Positions 1 to 9,397 of a stretch of DNA of 64,000 nt are shown in pieces; position 1 is the first letter of the stretch, and every line of letters begins with the position of its first letter. A program made the position numbers and the translations under genes. The stretch is taken from IMG/VR virus record IMGVR_UViG_3300023174_000045, positions 62,001 to 126,000 of that record, one strand, 5' to 3'. The notes under the pieces were generated by a model. It saw nothing but the letters and a program-made list of their open reading frames with translations, was not told the DNA's origin and did not search any database.

Positions 1-147
1 TCCTGACATCGAAATGCTGACCAAACACAACATCAACAATGGTGCCAGTATGCAAATAATGGAAAAAGTGGGATTCAAGTCAGTTGGCGAATATGTGTTT
101 GACTCAGTGGCATACAAAATGTATTCCAGCAATCCAAGAGGAGTTGA

Positions 148-390
148 ATGATGATTAGTGCAGTATTATTTGTCGTTGCCTTAATAGGATGGGGGTGGCT
201 GGTGTTTGGAAATCATTTCACATGGCTGGAACGCCGCCGAGAACTATGCAGTATTGGTGACCATTGGTTGACCAATAAGGGATTTACTTGGCATAACAAG
301 CACGGTGAATACTTTAGCGAGCATCATTGCAGAGCTTGCGATTACATGAAGGTACACAATGAGCCCAGAGCAACAGATCCGAGTACATGA
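148..390 (+). CDS. hypothetical protein with N-terminal TM segment
   Basis: ORF with upstream GAGGAG SD; hydrophobic N-terminus. Confidence 0.7.
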   Translation: MMISAVLFVVALIGWGWLVFGNHFTWLERRRELCSIGDHWLTNKGFTWHNKHGEYFSEHHCRACDYMKVHNEPRATDPST

Positions 391-592
391 AGAATGGTGC
401 CGACTGCGAGTAGAGGCCGCTGAGGCTGATCGTGACTATGCACTGGGCTTGGCCGGTGCCGCACATTTGGAATTGATGCAAGCCTTGAAATATGGATTCA
501 ATCCTGCCTCAGCACACAGCACACTGATCAGCATTGGCAAGTTGAGTCCAAGACTAAATCAAATAAGAGAAGAATATGAACGAAAAGTTTAA
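359..592 (+). CDS. hypothetical protein
   Basis: ORF in tightly packed + strand run. Confidence 0.6.
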   Translation: MSPEQQIRVHEEWCRLRVEAAEADRDYALGLAGAAHLELMQALKYGFNPASAHSTLISIGKLSPRLNQIREEYERKV

Positions 593-815
593 ACAGTTGG
601 CCCTCGAGGCCAAGATGGCGACTGCGGACTTTGATGTAGGCAGTTACTATGTGGCCACACCAGATCGGATGCAGAAACTTTGCGAATTGATTGTGCGGGA
701 ATGTGCCAAAGCCTGTATCAATATGGGCAATGACTATGAAATAAAATCTGCTGGTCAGTATCAAGCAGAAATGTTTGCTTTTGCGATTAAAAAACATTTT
801 GGAGTTGAACAATGA
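576..815 (+). CDS. hypothetical phage protein
   Basis: ORF overlapping neighbours; ATGA coupling to next gene. Confidence 0.7.
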   Translation: MNEKFKQLALEAKMATADFDVGSYYVATPDRMQKLCELIVRECAKACINMGNDYEIKSAGQYQAEMFAFAIKKHFGVEQ

Positions 816-1537
816 AAATTTACATCAGCGGATATAGAGATCATTGGATCTCACCTTACACCATGCTGGACTATGTGTTCTTCTGGACTGACTGGTCCAA
901 GTGTGCTCGTTGGACTGTGGAACAAAGTCTTGAAGATCATCGTAGAGAAAAATCTCAGTTTGTGGAACGTCCAGACTGGTGTGAAAAGTGGAGTGACCGT
1001 CTTACACCCATCAGCCGGGGCATCATGTGGGTACTGGATCGTGTGCATCCGCCCATCAACTACATCAAGATTGACCGCTACGATACCTGGAGCATGGACC
1101 ATACATTGAGTCCAATTATCTTGCCCATGCTGAAACAACTCAAAGAAAAAAAGCATGGCGCACCGTTTGTGGATGACGAGGATGTGCCTGAAGAACTGAA
1201 GTCAACATCTGCACCGCCCAAAGAAAATGACTGGGACACTGATGCCAATCACTTTGCTCGTTGGGACTGGGTCATGGATGAAATGATCTTTGCGTTTGAG
1301 TGCAAGGTAGATGACTCCTGGGAAGAAGCGTTTCGTTCAGGCGAACATGACCTGCTTTGGATACCAGTAGACAAAGAAGGCAATGAAGTGCCCAAAGGTG
1401 AACACAAATACTATCAAATGGGCAAAGGTCCCAAAGATACCTACCAGTGCGATTACGAAGGAATGAAAGTGGTAGAAACTCGCATCCAAAACGGCTTCCG
1501 CTTGTTTGGAAAATATTTTTCTTCGCTCTGGGACTGA
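812..1537 (+). CDS. hypothetical phage protein (Trp/Asp-rich)
   Basis: 241-aa ORF coupled to both neighbours. Confidence 0.8.
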   Translation: MKIYISGYRDHWISPYTMLDYVFFWTDWSKCARWTVEQSLEDHRREKSQFVERPDWCEKWSDRLTPISRGIMWVLDRVHPPINYIKIDRYDTWSMDHTLSPIILPMLKQLKEKKHGAPFVDDEDVPEELKSTSAPPKENDWDTDANHFARWDWVMDEMIFAFECKVDDSWEEAFRSGEHDLLWIPVDKEGNEVPKGEHKYYQMGKGPKDTYQCDYEGMKVVETRIQNGFRLFGKYFSSLWD

Positions 1538-1809
1538 TGCTCGGTCACAACTACAACGATCACAGAGCCAGTTTAGGCTATTCAATTAAAAGTCTAAAAG
1601 AAGCGGATCAGGCATTTCATTCTCGAGCTAAGTGGGCCGTGGAGTTTGCATGGTGGCCACACCGCTGTGAAATCACTAGAAAAATTATTTGGTTGCAACA
1701 TGCTTACCGTGGTTGTGTTAGGTGGTCTGATGGCTGGGCCACACCTGATTATCGTTGGCATGATCGCCATGAACATTTGATTTGGGTATTAAAAGGACCA
1801 TATGGGTAA
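1537..1809 (+). CDS. hypothetical protein
   Basis: TGATG coupling at 1535-1539 gives likely start MLGHNY within the 1447..1809 ORF. Confidence 0.6.
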   Translation: MLGHNYNDHRASLGYSIKSLKEADQAFHSRAKWAVEFAWWPHRCEITRKIIWLQHAYRGCVRWSDGWATPDYRWHDRHEHLIWVLKGPYG

Positions 1810-2056
1810 TGATGCGTTTGAAAACATGACAGCAGACTTGATGAACATGGCCGAAGGAGTAGAACGTCAGCACAGCATTACTGAAGCAGCCTACGAGGCT
1901 TGGCGACTGGAATTCACGTTTGATGGCATTCGAGGTCTTAGATACGGACAGAGTTTTTGCAATCATTTCGACATAACAGATTACGTGCTGTTTTACAAAA
2001 TGGACTGGGAAAGTGCTGATCAACACATAAGGACAGTGTATCTTGTACAGCCCTGA
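1802..2056 (+). CDS. hypothetical protein
   Basis: ORF with AGGA SD. Confidence 0.65.
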   Translation: MGNDAFENMTADLMNMAEGVERQHSITEAAYEAWRLEFTFDGIRGLRYGQSFCNHFDITDYVLFYKMDWESADQHIRTVYLVQP

Positions 2057-2270
2057 ACACACACATGGCCTGACCCTGCACTGGGCTCGGGACGACTACA
2101 TGGAACTGTGGAACATGCGCATGGCCAACATAGTAGAACTGTTTGGCCTGCCCGGTGACAGATACATCACAGAAATCACCCAAGATTACATGACCTTTTG
2201 GTTCCGTGATCACCGCGATGCCTTGCTATTTCGACTATGCCATGGACACAGTGAACTACGTACGGCTTGA
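2043..2270 (+). CDS. small hypothetical protein (FxF...DA..F.L family)
   Basis: C-terminal MTFWFRDHRDALLFRL motif shared with other small ORFs; start uncertain. Confidence 0.6.
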   Translation: MYSPEHTHGLTLHWARDDYMELWNMRMANIVELFGLPGDRYITEITQDYMTFWFRDHRDALLFRLCHGHSELRTA

Positions 2271-2469
2271 TTGTGGTTCTCAACAGGCCTTGGCCTACAA
2301 GCATCAACTGGATGCAGACGGACTTGTAGTGAATCAAGACTATGTCTGGCGCTATCAAAAGCCGGTGTATGATGAATTTGCCTGGACCGAATCAGAAGTC
2401 AGCCACGTCACATTCACATTCCGAAATCCCGCACTGGCCACATTCTATCAGTTAAAGTGGAGTAAATAA
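2206..2469 (+). CDS. small hypothetical protein (same family)
   Basis: C-terminal VTFTFRNPALATFYQLKW; start uncertain. Confidence 0.6.
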   Translation: MITAMPCYFDYAMDTVNYVRLDCGSQQALAYKHQLDADGLVVNQDYVWRYQKPVYDEFAWTESEVSHVTFTFRNPALATFYQLKWSK

Positions 2470-2473
2470 TTTA

Positions 2474-3085
2474 ATGTACAAACACCAACTCACTACACCA
2501 GACTGGTTGTGCCATCCAGCTAATATTTCTCCCGACCTTGTTCCAGCCTTAAGCAAAGAATTACTTGCACTTTATCACCATGTTGCAAATTCTGATGGAG
2601 TGTTAAATTTACCCGGTTTTTTGGTTTCTAATGAAACCGAAGAATTTCATAATAGCACCTGTCCAACTGTTATGTCTATGTTGGCACAACTAAAGATACG
2701 AGATTTTTTTCAACATTTTTGTTTTATCATCGAAGTCGCTGATCAGAATTCGGAGGTGCATGTTGACACTTTTTTTGATTTTGGACTCAATATTCCAATA
2801 TTAAATTGTCATGATAGTTATACTGTATGGTATGACAGTGAACCAGTTGGAAAAAATGTCAGCACAGGATATCAACTTAATTTTAAGTTAAATGTTGTAT
2901 CATGCCAAACTGAGGACATGAAAGAAATTGGTCGTTGTGATGCAAATGTCCCACATTGGATCAATGTCAATGTACCACATCGCCCAGTGGTCATGCATGA
3001 TAAATTAAGAATCAATGCCAGCTTGAGATTCAGCAATGATTTATTAATAGATAAACAGTTACCTTATTGGGTATATACAAAATGA
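2474..3085 (+). CDS. hypothetical protein, possible cupin/2OG-Fe(II) oxygenase-like fold
   Basis: HVD motif, distal His (VPHRP) and RINASLR; AT-rich. Confidence 0.45.
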   Translation: MYKHQLTTPDWLCHPANISPDLVPALSKELLALYHHVANSDGVLNLPGFLVSNETEEFHNSTCPTVMSMLAQLKIRDFFQHFCFIIEVADQNSEVHVDTFFDFGLNIPILNCHDSYTVWYDSEPVGKNVSTGYQLNFKLNVVSCQTEDMKEIGRCDANVPHWINVNVPHRPVVMHDKLRINASLRFSNDLLIDKQLPYWVYTK

Positions 3086-3879
3086 TTCGCGGTCTTATTG
3101 TAATCATTTTATTTTTTTATATCGGAACTGTGCATGGTCGTGAGCCCAGTGTTTACGTTTACAACGAAACCGCGGACCGTGTGGAATACCAACGCAACTC
3201 AACGGAGTATCGTCCCATAGCCAGTATCACCAAGTTAATGACTGCCATGGTGGCCTTGGACCACAGCAAGGACCTATTCCGTCAACTGCCACTCAACACC
3301 ACTGTCAAAAGCAACTTGCCACGTGGCACATACACACGCCAAGAACTGTTCAATGCCATGCTGGTACGTAGTGACAATGCTGCCGCGGAAACACTGGCCA
3401 ATGATTACCCAGGCGGACGTAAAGAGTTTATTTGGAAGATGAATCAACAGGCCCGAGAGTGGGGCATCAATGCTGTGTTTCGTGATCCCACAGGCTTGGA
3501 TCGCGGCAACATGGCCACTGCTGGTGACATAGGAACCATGGCTAGTTACGCCGCGGGATACTGGGTCATACGTGATGCCAGTGTGAAAAAAACAGTGGCA
3601 TTTGAAACCAAATTCAAAAAGAAACTGCGTAAAATTCAACTCAACAATACCAACCGTCCCATCTTGATAGAGTTTGACAACATCATCACTTCAAAAACAG
3701 GATTTACCAATCCAGCAGGTTACTGTGTTGCCCTGGTGGTAGAACATCAAAAGCAACGCAGAGTGATAGTTGTGTTGGGTGAGAAAAACAAAACACGCAG
3801 AATAGACACAGTACAGGACATCATGTACAATCATGTGCTGGATCAAAATTTGCAGGACACCCGGTACATCAATAACTAA
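3082..3879 (+). CDS. D-alanyl-D-alanine carboxy/endopeptidase (peptidase S11, PBP7-like)
   Basis: Signal peptide; SxxK (ASITKLM), SxN (SDN) and KTG (SKTGFT) motifs in order. Confidence 0.9.
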   Translation: MIRGLIVIILFFYIGTVHGREPSVYVYNETADRVEYQRNSTEYRPIASITKLMTAMVALDHSKDLFRQLPLNTTVKSNLPRGTYTRQELFNAMLVRSDNAAAETLANDYPGGRKEFIWKMNQQAREWGINAVFRDPTGLDRGNMATAGDIGTMASYAAGYWVIRDASVKKTVAFETKFKKKLRKIQLNNTNRPILIEFDNIITSKTGFTNPAGYCVALVVEHQKQRRVIVVLGEKNKTRRIDTVQDIMYNHVLDQNLQDTRYINN

Positions 3880-4121
3880 TGTTGATGCAACTGCAACAAC
3901 CCATCGGCTCCATACGTCTCGGCGAAAGTTTCAATCACGCACGGGAAATTGCTAGACCTTTTGGGCAAATTGATCGAATCATAGAGTGGTGCAAAACCGA
4001 ACTTGTGGGCGACTGGCGTTGGCAGGTAGTGGCCACCAGCTCAGACCGTGCTCCGGGACGCTACATTTTCTACTTTGACTCAGACCGTGACGCTGCCGCG
4101 TTTGCACTGTTCTGGGCATAA
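3879..4121 (+). CDS. small hypothetical protein (same family as 2043)
   Basis: C-terminal YIFYFDSDRDAAAFALFW. Confidence 0.65.
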   Translation: MLMQLQQPIGSIRLGESFNHAREIARPFGQIDRIIEWCKTELVGDWRWQVVATSSDRAPGRYIFYFDSDRDAAAFALFWA

Positions 4122-4142
4122 AAAACTAATACTTTTTACTAC

Positions 4143-4171
4143 TTGACTAGATATTCCTGATCTGCTATACT
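4143..4171 (+). promoter_or_regulatory. sigma70-type early promoter
   Basis: TTGACT-N17-TATACT. Confidence 0.75.
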
Positions 4172-4198
4172 ACGGGTATTGTATTGCAAAGGATTGAC

Positions 4199-4435
4199 AT
4201 GAATGACTGGGACCGTAACAACCTGCATTTCATCTTGGATTCAGATGAGGCCACGCTAGAGGACTTTTATAGTTGGGCCACAGAAGATGACTTGACCTAT
4301 GCCTTGAGTCTTGTGCGGCAAGCCAAAACAGAATTACTGATACAAGAAGCCGACATCTTGGACGAAATCTTGACCAATGCCACAGCAGATGATGTGTCAG
4401 ATGCTGCCACCATGTTAAAGCAATTTCAACTATGA
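4199..4435 (+). CDS. hypothetical acidic protein
   Basis: ATG at 4199 after AAAGGA. Confidence 0.7.
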   Translation: MNDWDRNNLHFILDSDEATLEDFYSWATEDDLTYALSLVRQAKTELLIQEADILDEILTNATADDVSDAATMLKQFQL

Positions 4436-4764
4436 GTCATCAGTTTTTGATCATGTGGTGCAATGAAGGCCTTGAGTGTTGCATAGATCTCACTGAGGAT
4501 GAGCAACGGCGCATGTGGCAACAGTTAAAGGGCGAGCCGGTGAGTGAGAGTGCGATTCCCAACTACAATCATCTCCTGCTACGTGCTAGATACAACAGTC
4601 AACGCCACTATGAGATCTACACTTGTGAAGCCACAGATGGCATCACTGCTGAGGATATCAAGGAAATGTTTGAAGCCAGTCCGCAGACTGCGGCTGACAC
4701 GATTCGACGCCTGGGTCACCGCATTCACAGTGACCGGGCCACAAACAAGGTGTTGATCACCTAA
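4432..4764 (+). CDS. hypothetical protein
   Basis: ATGA-coupled ORF. Confidence 0.7.
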   Translation: MSHQFLIMWCNEGLECCIDLTEDEQRRMWQQLKGEPVSESAIPNYNHLLLRARYNSQRHYEIYTCEATDGITAEDIKEMFEASPQTAADTIRRLGHRIHSDRATNKVLIT

Positions 4765-4988
4765 CTGGACGTTCCGGGTGTCTCCGGATACTGTGACCCA
4801 CAGGATGAGAAGTACAATGACATGTACGGGTGGTACACTTCGAACCGAAAGTGCGCTGGCAATGCGAGAACGGACCCTGTCGGGAAGCGGGTGGAAGGTG
4901 TGTGTTACAAGGCATTGAACCAAACGGGGAGCCAAAGTAACAACGGTGCGAGCTGACACACTAAATTACCGCCGGGGGTTGCAGAGCA
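4765..4988 (+). ncRNA. candidate structured ncRNA, class unknown
   Basis: GC-rich intergenic segment with multiple nested helices, 5'/3' long-range pairing and a possible pseudoknot (see findings). Confidence 0.55.
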
Positions 4989-4994
4989 TTTTGG

Positions 4995-5023
4995 TTGACA
5001 CAAATGAATTTTTGTGTTATATT
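4995..5023 (+). promoter_or_regulatory. sigma70-type promoter
   Basis: TTGACA-N17-TATATT with TG extension. Confidence 0.7.
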
Positions 5024-5078
5024 ATGAGCGTCTTGTTTAAGTTATAGGACAAACTCATTTTTTTAAAGGAAACAAATC

Positions 5079-6248
5079 ATGGCAACAACAGTAGCAACTC
5101 GCACAGTAAATCGCGGAGCAAATCCCTTTGCACCCATTGTCAAACAACAAAATCAACGTTTGACTCCCACTCACAACAACAGTGTATATCAGCCCATCAC
5201 ACAACGTGCTGGCGCCATACACAACAATCCTGCAATACAACAAGCACTAAAAATCCTTGCCGCCAACATGGCCGGGCAGAAATTTTCCAATGCTCATTGT
5301 GGAGAACTGGTATTAGTACCATTCCACTTGTTGGACATCAATATTGAAATTCAACGCGATGCTGAACCTGAACATCAGGCCAAAATCATTGTGCGTTTTG
5401 ATCCACGCATTTACATGCCTGTGATGGCTACCAAGTTAGCCAATGGTAGATACTCAGCGTGGGAGGGTCAGCAAACTGCTTGTACCTTGTATCACTTGTA
5501 TCAAGCTGGACTGTTAGAAGATGATTTCTTGGTCCAAGTCAAATGCTTTGACGAAACACTCACAGTACCGGGTTCTGCACTGGTAGGCGAAGCAGATGGC
5601 AATTATGGTTTCCGTCAAATCAATGGCGGCATGCGCAAACCCATTGATGCATTCCACTTGCACCGCAGTCGTGTCAACGGCGCTCGTTTATACAATTCTG
5701 TGTTTGACGAAGACGTACAAAGTGAAATGATTCAGTGTGTGCTGGAACGCAACAACATGTTTCCAGCCAAGTCCAGTGCGGCCAAGTACAACCAAGCCAC
5801 TCCAGGCATGGTCACTTACATTCATGGTTTGAATTTGATTGCTGGACATGGCACTGACATGAAGAAATTCAACGAAACCATCAAAGACCTAGAGTGGGCA
5901 CTGAAGTGGCACAACACCTACTTCCCCAATGAAAAGGGCGTGGATGGTGGTTTTATTCTTGCATTTGGTCGACTGCACGCCGCGGCACGTACCAACAAGC
6001 CTGAGATCAAATTGGATCATGCTGTGGAACTGGACCTGTACAAATTGTTCCAACACAAATACGGCAGTCCCAAGAGCTTCCACAATGACTGCAAACAACG
6101 CTGGGGTACATTCACTGCTGCCAACAACATGCCTGAATCTTGGAGCGACGGTTGCTTGACTCCCATCTTGGTCATGGACTATATAAACTGGGGCGGGCAG
6201 TGTGCTTTGCCGCAAGTGCCACACATGACAACTTACGCAGGTATCTAA
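5079..6248 (+). CDS. ParB/Srx-superfamily (DGQHR-like) domain protein
   Basis: IQRD...FDP...GRYSAWEGQQT resembles the ParB-like QR...DGQHR pattern. Confidence 0.5.
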   Translation: MATTVATRTVNRGANPFAPIVKQQNQRLTPTHNNSVYQPITQRAGAIHNNPAIQQALKILAANMAGQKFSNAHCGELVLVPFHLLDINIEIQRDAEPEHQAKIIVRFDPRIYMPVMATKLANGRYSAWEGQQTACTLYHLYQAGLLEDDFLVQVKCFDETLTVPGSALVGEADGNYGFRQINGGMRKPIDAFHLHRSRVNGARLYNSVFDEDVQSEMIQCVLERNNMFPAKSSAAKYNQATPGMVTYIHGLNLIAGHGTDMKKFNETIKDLEWALKWHNTYFPNEKGVDGGFILAFGRLHAAARTNKPEIKLDHAVELDLYKLFQHKYGSPKSFHNDCKQRWGTFTAANNMPESWSDGCLTPILVMDYINWGGQCALPQVPHMTTYAGI

Positions 6249-6249
6249 A

Positions 6250-6618
6250 ATGGAAGAAGCCAAACAATACTACTTCTATCTGTGGCGGCATCGTTACATT
6301 GATGATGCAACCGACCAGCCAGTCACACGCACATGCCTTGGCATCACCAGCAATCCCACATCAAGGATTCAGGGATATGAAGGTCATGTGGGACACACAG
6401 TAAAATTTACAACACTGTGGACTGGTCCTGAAAGATTGATCCGTGACCTTGAAGACAAAATCAAACGCGAGTTCTACGACTACTTGTTTGTGGGCACTGG
6501 CAATTTTAGATATGAATGGATTGACGAAAATGTTGATCATCACTCAGTGGTCAACTGGGTCACATGGGAAGTTGAAAACAGCTATATTGGCATTACCAAA
6601 GTTGAGGACACACAATGA
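6250..6618 (+). CDS. GIY-YIG-like nuclease domain protein
   Basis: YFYL...LGITSNPTSRIQGY...LE pattern. Confidence 0.5.
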   Translation: MEEAKQYYFYLWRHRYIDDATDQPVTRTCLGITSNPTSRIQGYEGHVGHTVKFTTLWTGPERLIRDLEDKIKREFYDYLFVGTGNFRYEWIDENVDHHSVVNWVTWEVENSYIGITKVEDTQ

Positions 6619-6857
6619 GCTCACTATATCTCAATTCAAGAACTTGGACTGTGTTTGACCCAAACAACGCAGACCACAGACGCTACTACTATGAGTTTAT
6701 CAAAACAAATACCTGGGGCCGCTGTCCTGTGAGGTTCGTGGTGCCGGATCGTCAAGGCGATTTGATCTCCATGATCCGTCGCAGTTTAATTGATTGGTAT
6801 GTGATGAACGAGTTTGATTCTAAAGGCAAACCTGGCAGGAAAAAAGTCAATGCCTGA
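6615..6857 (+). CDS. hypothetical protein
   Basis: Coupled ORF with GAGGA SD. Confidence 0.7.
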   Translation: MSSLYLNSRTWTVFDPNNADHRRYYYEFIKTNTWGRCPVRFVVPDRQGDLISMIRRSLIDWYVMNEFDSKGKPGRKKVNA

Positions 6858-8214
6858 CTTTACTGTTTGCACAGCCGCAGAGCTGGTTGATCTCTATCAA
6901 AAAGGGTCAGCCAGTCCTGTGACAGTGACTGAACAACTATTAAACAAGATTGACCAACTCAATCCTGTGTTAAATGCATTTTGTTATTTAGATCCTGATA
7001 CTACACTGCAACAGGCCCGGAACAGTGAACAACGCTGGCAACAGCACAGTCCATTGAGTAAATTGGATGGAGTGCCATTTGCTGTCAAAGATTCAATATT
7101 AACTCAAGGTTGGCCTACTTTGCAAGGAAGTCTAACTGTTGATCCTGTACAAGACTGGCCGGAGGACGCACCAGTGACTGCTCGATTACGAGCAGCCGGT
7201 GCAATTTTAATTGGCAAAACCACCATGCCTGAATTTGGAGTTGACAACCACAGTTCAAATTCGCAGTTGTATGGCATCACCCGAAATCCTTGGAATACCA
7301 AACACACACCTGGAGGCAGCTCCGGCGGATCGGCGGTGGCGGTGGCTGCCGGCATGGTACCAGTGGCCTTGGGCAGTGATTTTGGAGGAAGCATTGCTGT
7401 GCCCGCGGCATTCTGTGGCGTGTATGGTATGAAACCCAGTTTTGGACATGTTGCAAGATATCCCAGTGACACAGTTGATTTGACCACCATAGGACCAATG
7501 GCCAGATCGGTGCAGGATTTGACCACTGCACTTGAAGTAATTTCAGGTCCTGATGTTCGAGATTGGGCATCACTGCCTGATGGTCGGGTAGATCATAATT
7601 TTTCAACAAACCAATTACGAGTGGCATATTGTCAAGACTCAGTGACCACGTCTAAAATAGCACAAAGGTTGTCAGATCAAGGAGCAATGATTGGCCCCGT
7701 AGACTTTGACGTTGACATTGATGACGCAATGCAAATTATGAAAAACATCAATATTCCAGAACTATTTCAAAAATGGCAAAGTATACCTGAAGATCGTCGA
7801 CCACTGACCAGCAACAACATACAAAGATGGGCCATACTGTCCCATTCCAAAATTGATTTGTATCATTGGATTGATCGACGCAAAAAATTAATAGTTAAAT
7901 TTCGTGAATTCATGCAACACTATGACGCAATAATTTGTCCAGTCACTGCAATGTCTGCTGACGAATTTTTGGTTGATAATATGGTATCTCATAAAAAAGA
8001 TTTATTTCTTTCACAATTTTCTGTTTTGGCCTGCATTACAAAACAACCCACAGTCACAGTGCCAACAGGATTAAACAGTAATTCAATGCCTGAGGCTGTG
8101 CAAATTATTGGACCCATGCATGGCGATACATTGACATTACAAATAGCAAGTGCAATAGAATCCGCTTTCCCAATGCCTGCTGGTCCACTGTTATACGGCA
8201 AGTCAACACAGTAA
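6850..8214 (+). CDS. amidase signature family enzyme (GatA-like)
   Basis: AVKD Lys, GKTTMPEFG, PGGSSGGSA and GSDFGGSI motifs (Ser-cisSer-Lys triad). Confidence 0.9.
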   Translation: MPDFTVCTAAELVDLYQKGSASPVTVTEQLLNKIDQLNPVLNAFCYLDPDTTLQQARNSEQRWQQHSPLSKLDGVPFAVKDSILTQGWPTLQGSLTVDPVQDWPEDAPVTARLRAAGAILIGKTTMPEFGVDNHSSNSQLYGITRNPWNTKHTPGGSSGGSAVAVAAGMVPVALGSDFGGSIAVPAAFCGVYGMKPSFGHVARYPSDTVDLTTIGPMARSVQDLTTALEVISGPDVRDWASLPDGRVDHNFSTNQLRVAYCQDSVTTSKIAQRLSDQGAMIGPVDFDVDIDDAMQIMKNINIPELFQKWQSIPEDRRPLTSNNIQRWAILSHSKIDLYHWIDRRKKLIVKFREFMQHYDAIICPVTAMSADEFLVDNMVSHKKDLFLSQFSVLACITKQPTVTVPTGLNSNSMPEAVQIIGPMHGDTLTLQIASAIESAFPMPAGPLLYGKSTQ

Positions 8215-8313
8215 TACTCAAGTATTACTTTTTTGCCCCTATAATTTGTAGGGTTTCTCTTGACCGAATATTCCCAAAATGCTATAATATAGACATATTG
8301 TAACAAAAAGGAG
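8210..8313 (+). repeat. stem-loop + sigma70 promoter + SD cassette, copy 1
   Basis: AGTAATAC-tcaa-GTATTACT hairpin; TTGACC(8260)-N17-TATAAT(8283); AAATGCTATAATATxxACATATTGTAACAAAA(A)GGAG core. Confidence 0.85.
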
Positions 8314-8319
8314 CCAGTA

Positions 8320-8592
8320 ATGAAAGCACTCAACGCACTGATCAAACAAGAGAACGCTTGGTCCAGCATGTTCAACGGCAGTTTTGTGGCCTACGAAGTT
8401 GCCACAGCACCGGGTCGTGAGCGTGTGGCAAAAATGATTGACGCCAAGCTCAGTCCTGAGAATTTGAGCTGTGACGGCGAACTGCCCCGTGCTCAAGTAC
8501 AAGCTCGCTATCGCGCACTGACCAGTGCCGCACAAGATCTTGTCCGACTGGACCCCACAATGGCTCAGTTCATGTACGAGTTTGGAGAATAA
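8320..8592 (+). CDS. hypothetical early protein
   Basis: Follows promoter and AGGAG SD. Confidence 0.8.
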   Translation: MKALNALIKQENAWSSMFNGSFVAYEVATAPGRERVAKMIDAKLSPENLSCDGELPRAQVQARYRALTSAAQDLVRLDPTMAQFMYEFGE

Positions 8593-8593
8593 C

Positions 8594-8794
8594 ATGTGGA
8601 CCATTGCTGTAATCTTTGCCAGCTCTGTGCAGAACATAGGGCAGTTCACAAATCAGTCAGAATGTGAACGTGTCCTGGCACAGTTCCAAAAGCCCGGTGT
8701 GGTAGCAGGTTGTGTGCAACACCCCACACCTGAACAAAGCCTAGCACAGGCACAACGCATGATGAATGCCTTTATCAACAGCATGGAAAAGTAA
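8594..8794 (+). CDS. hypothetical protein
   Basis: ATG at 8594 after GGAG. Confidence 0.65.
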   Translation: MWTIAVIFASSVQNIGQFTNQSECERVLAQFQKPGVVAGCVQHPTPEQSLAQAQRMMNAFINSMEK

Positions 8795-8872
8795 TACTTT
8801 TTTAGTACTACTTTTCTGGTTGACCAGAAATAGCCGAAATGCTATAATATGAACATATTGTAACAAAAGGAG
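8788..8872 (+). repeat. stem-loop + sigma70 promoter + SD cassette, copy 2
   Basis: AAAGTAATACT...AGTACTACTTT hairpin; TTGACC(8820)-N17-TATAAT(8843); same core. Confidence 0.85.
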
Positions 8873-8878
8873 TTGTAA

Positions 8879-9355
8879 ATGGGAACACGCAGTCGAATTG
8901 GTGTCATGCACGGTGACAAGGTCAAAAGCATTTACTGCCATTGGGATGGCTACATAGAACACAACGGTCGTATCTTGCAAAATCACTATGACAGTGCCCG
9001 AGCCAACCACCTGGTGGCCCTGGGCGATATGTCAAGCCTGCAACCTGACATTGGTGAGAAGCACGCCTTCAGCAAGCATGACGTTCTTGGCATTGAGCAC
9101 CGTGAGCACAACGAAGAATGGTGTACCTTTTACGGACGTGATCGCGGTGAAAAGGACGTGGAGCACAAAGTGGCTCACACGTTTGACGAGTTCTTGGAAC
9201 AATGCGAGCTCTGTGGCGCCGAGTACTACTACATCATGAAAGATGGTGTGTGGTACATGGGCGACACTTACAGCTCTACCCCGTTAAGCAAAAAGTTAAC
9301 AGTTTTGACTGAAGCTTTGGAACAGTTTGCAGACGCTGAAGAGGTTGACCAATAA
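8879..9355 (+). CDS. hypothetical early phage protein (MGTRS..I...YCHWDGY type)
   Basis: ORF after promoter and SD. Confidence 0.8.
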   Translation: MGTRSRIGVMHGDKVKSIYCHWDGYIEHNGRILQNHYDSARANHLVALGDMSSLQPDIGEKHAFSKHDVLGIEHREHNEEWCTFYGRDRGEKDVEHKVAHTFDEFLEQCELCGAEYYYIMKDGVWYMGDTYSSTPLSKKLTVLTEALEQFADAEEVDQ

Positions 9356-9397
9356 TTGCCAAAATGCTATAATATGAACATATTGTAACAAAAGGAG
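9345..9397 (+). repeat. sigma70 promoter + SD cassette, copy 3
   Basis: TTGACC(9345)-N17-TATAAT(9368); same core. Confidence 0.85.

Noticed and set aside
4579-4959. 126-aa minus-strand ORF
   Set aside because: Antisense to an early gene, no expression signals, overlaps the structured RNA candidate.
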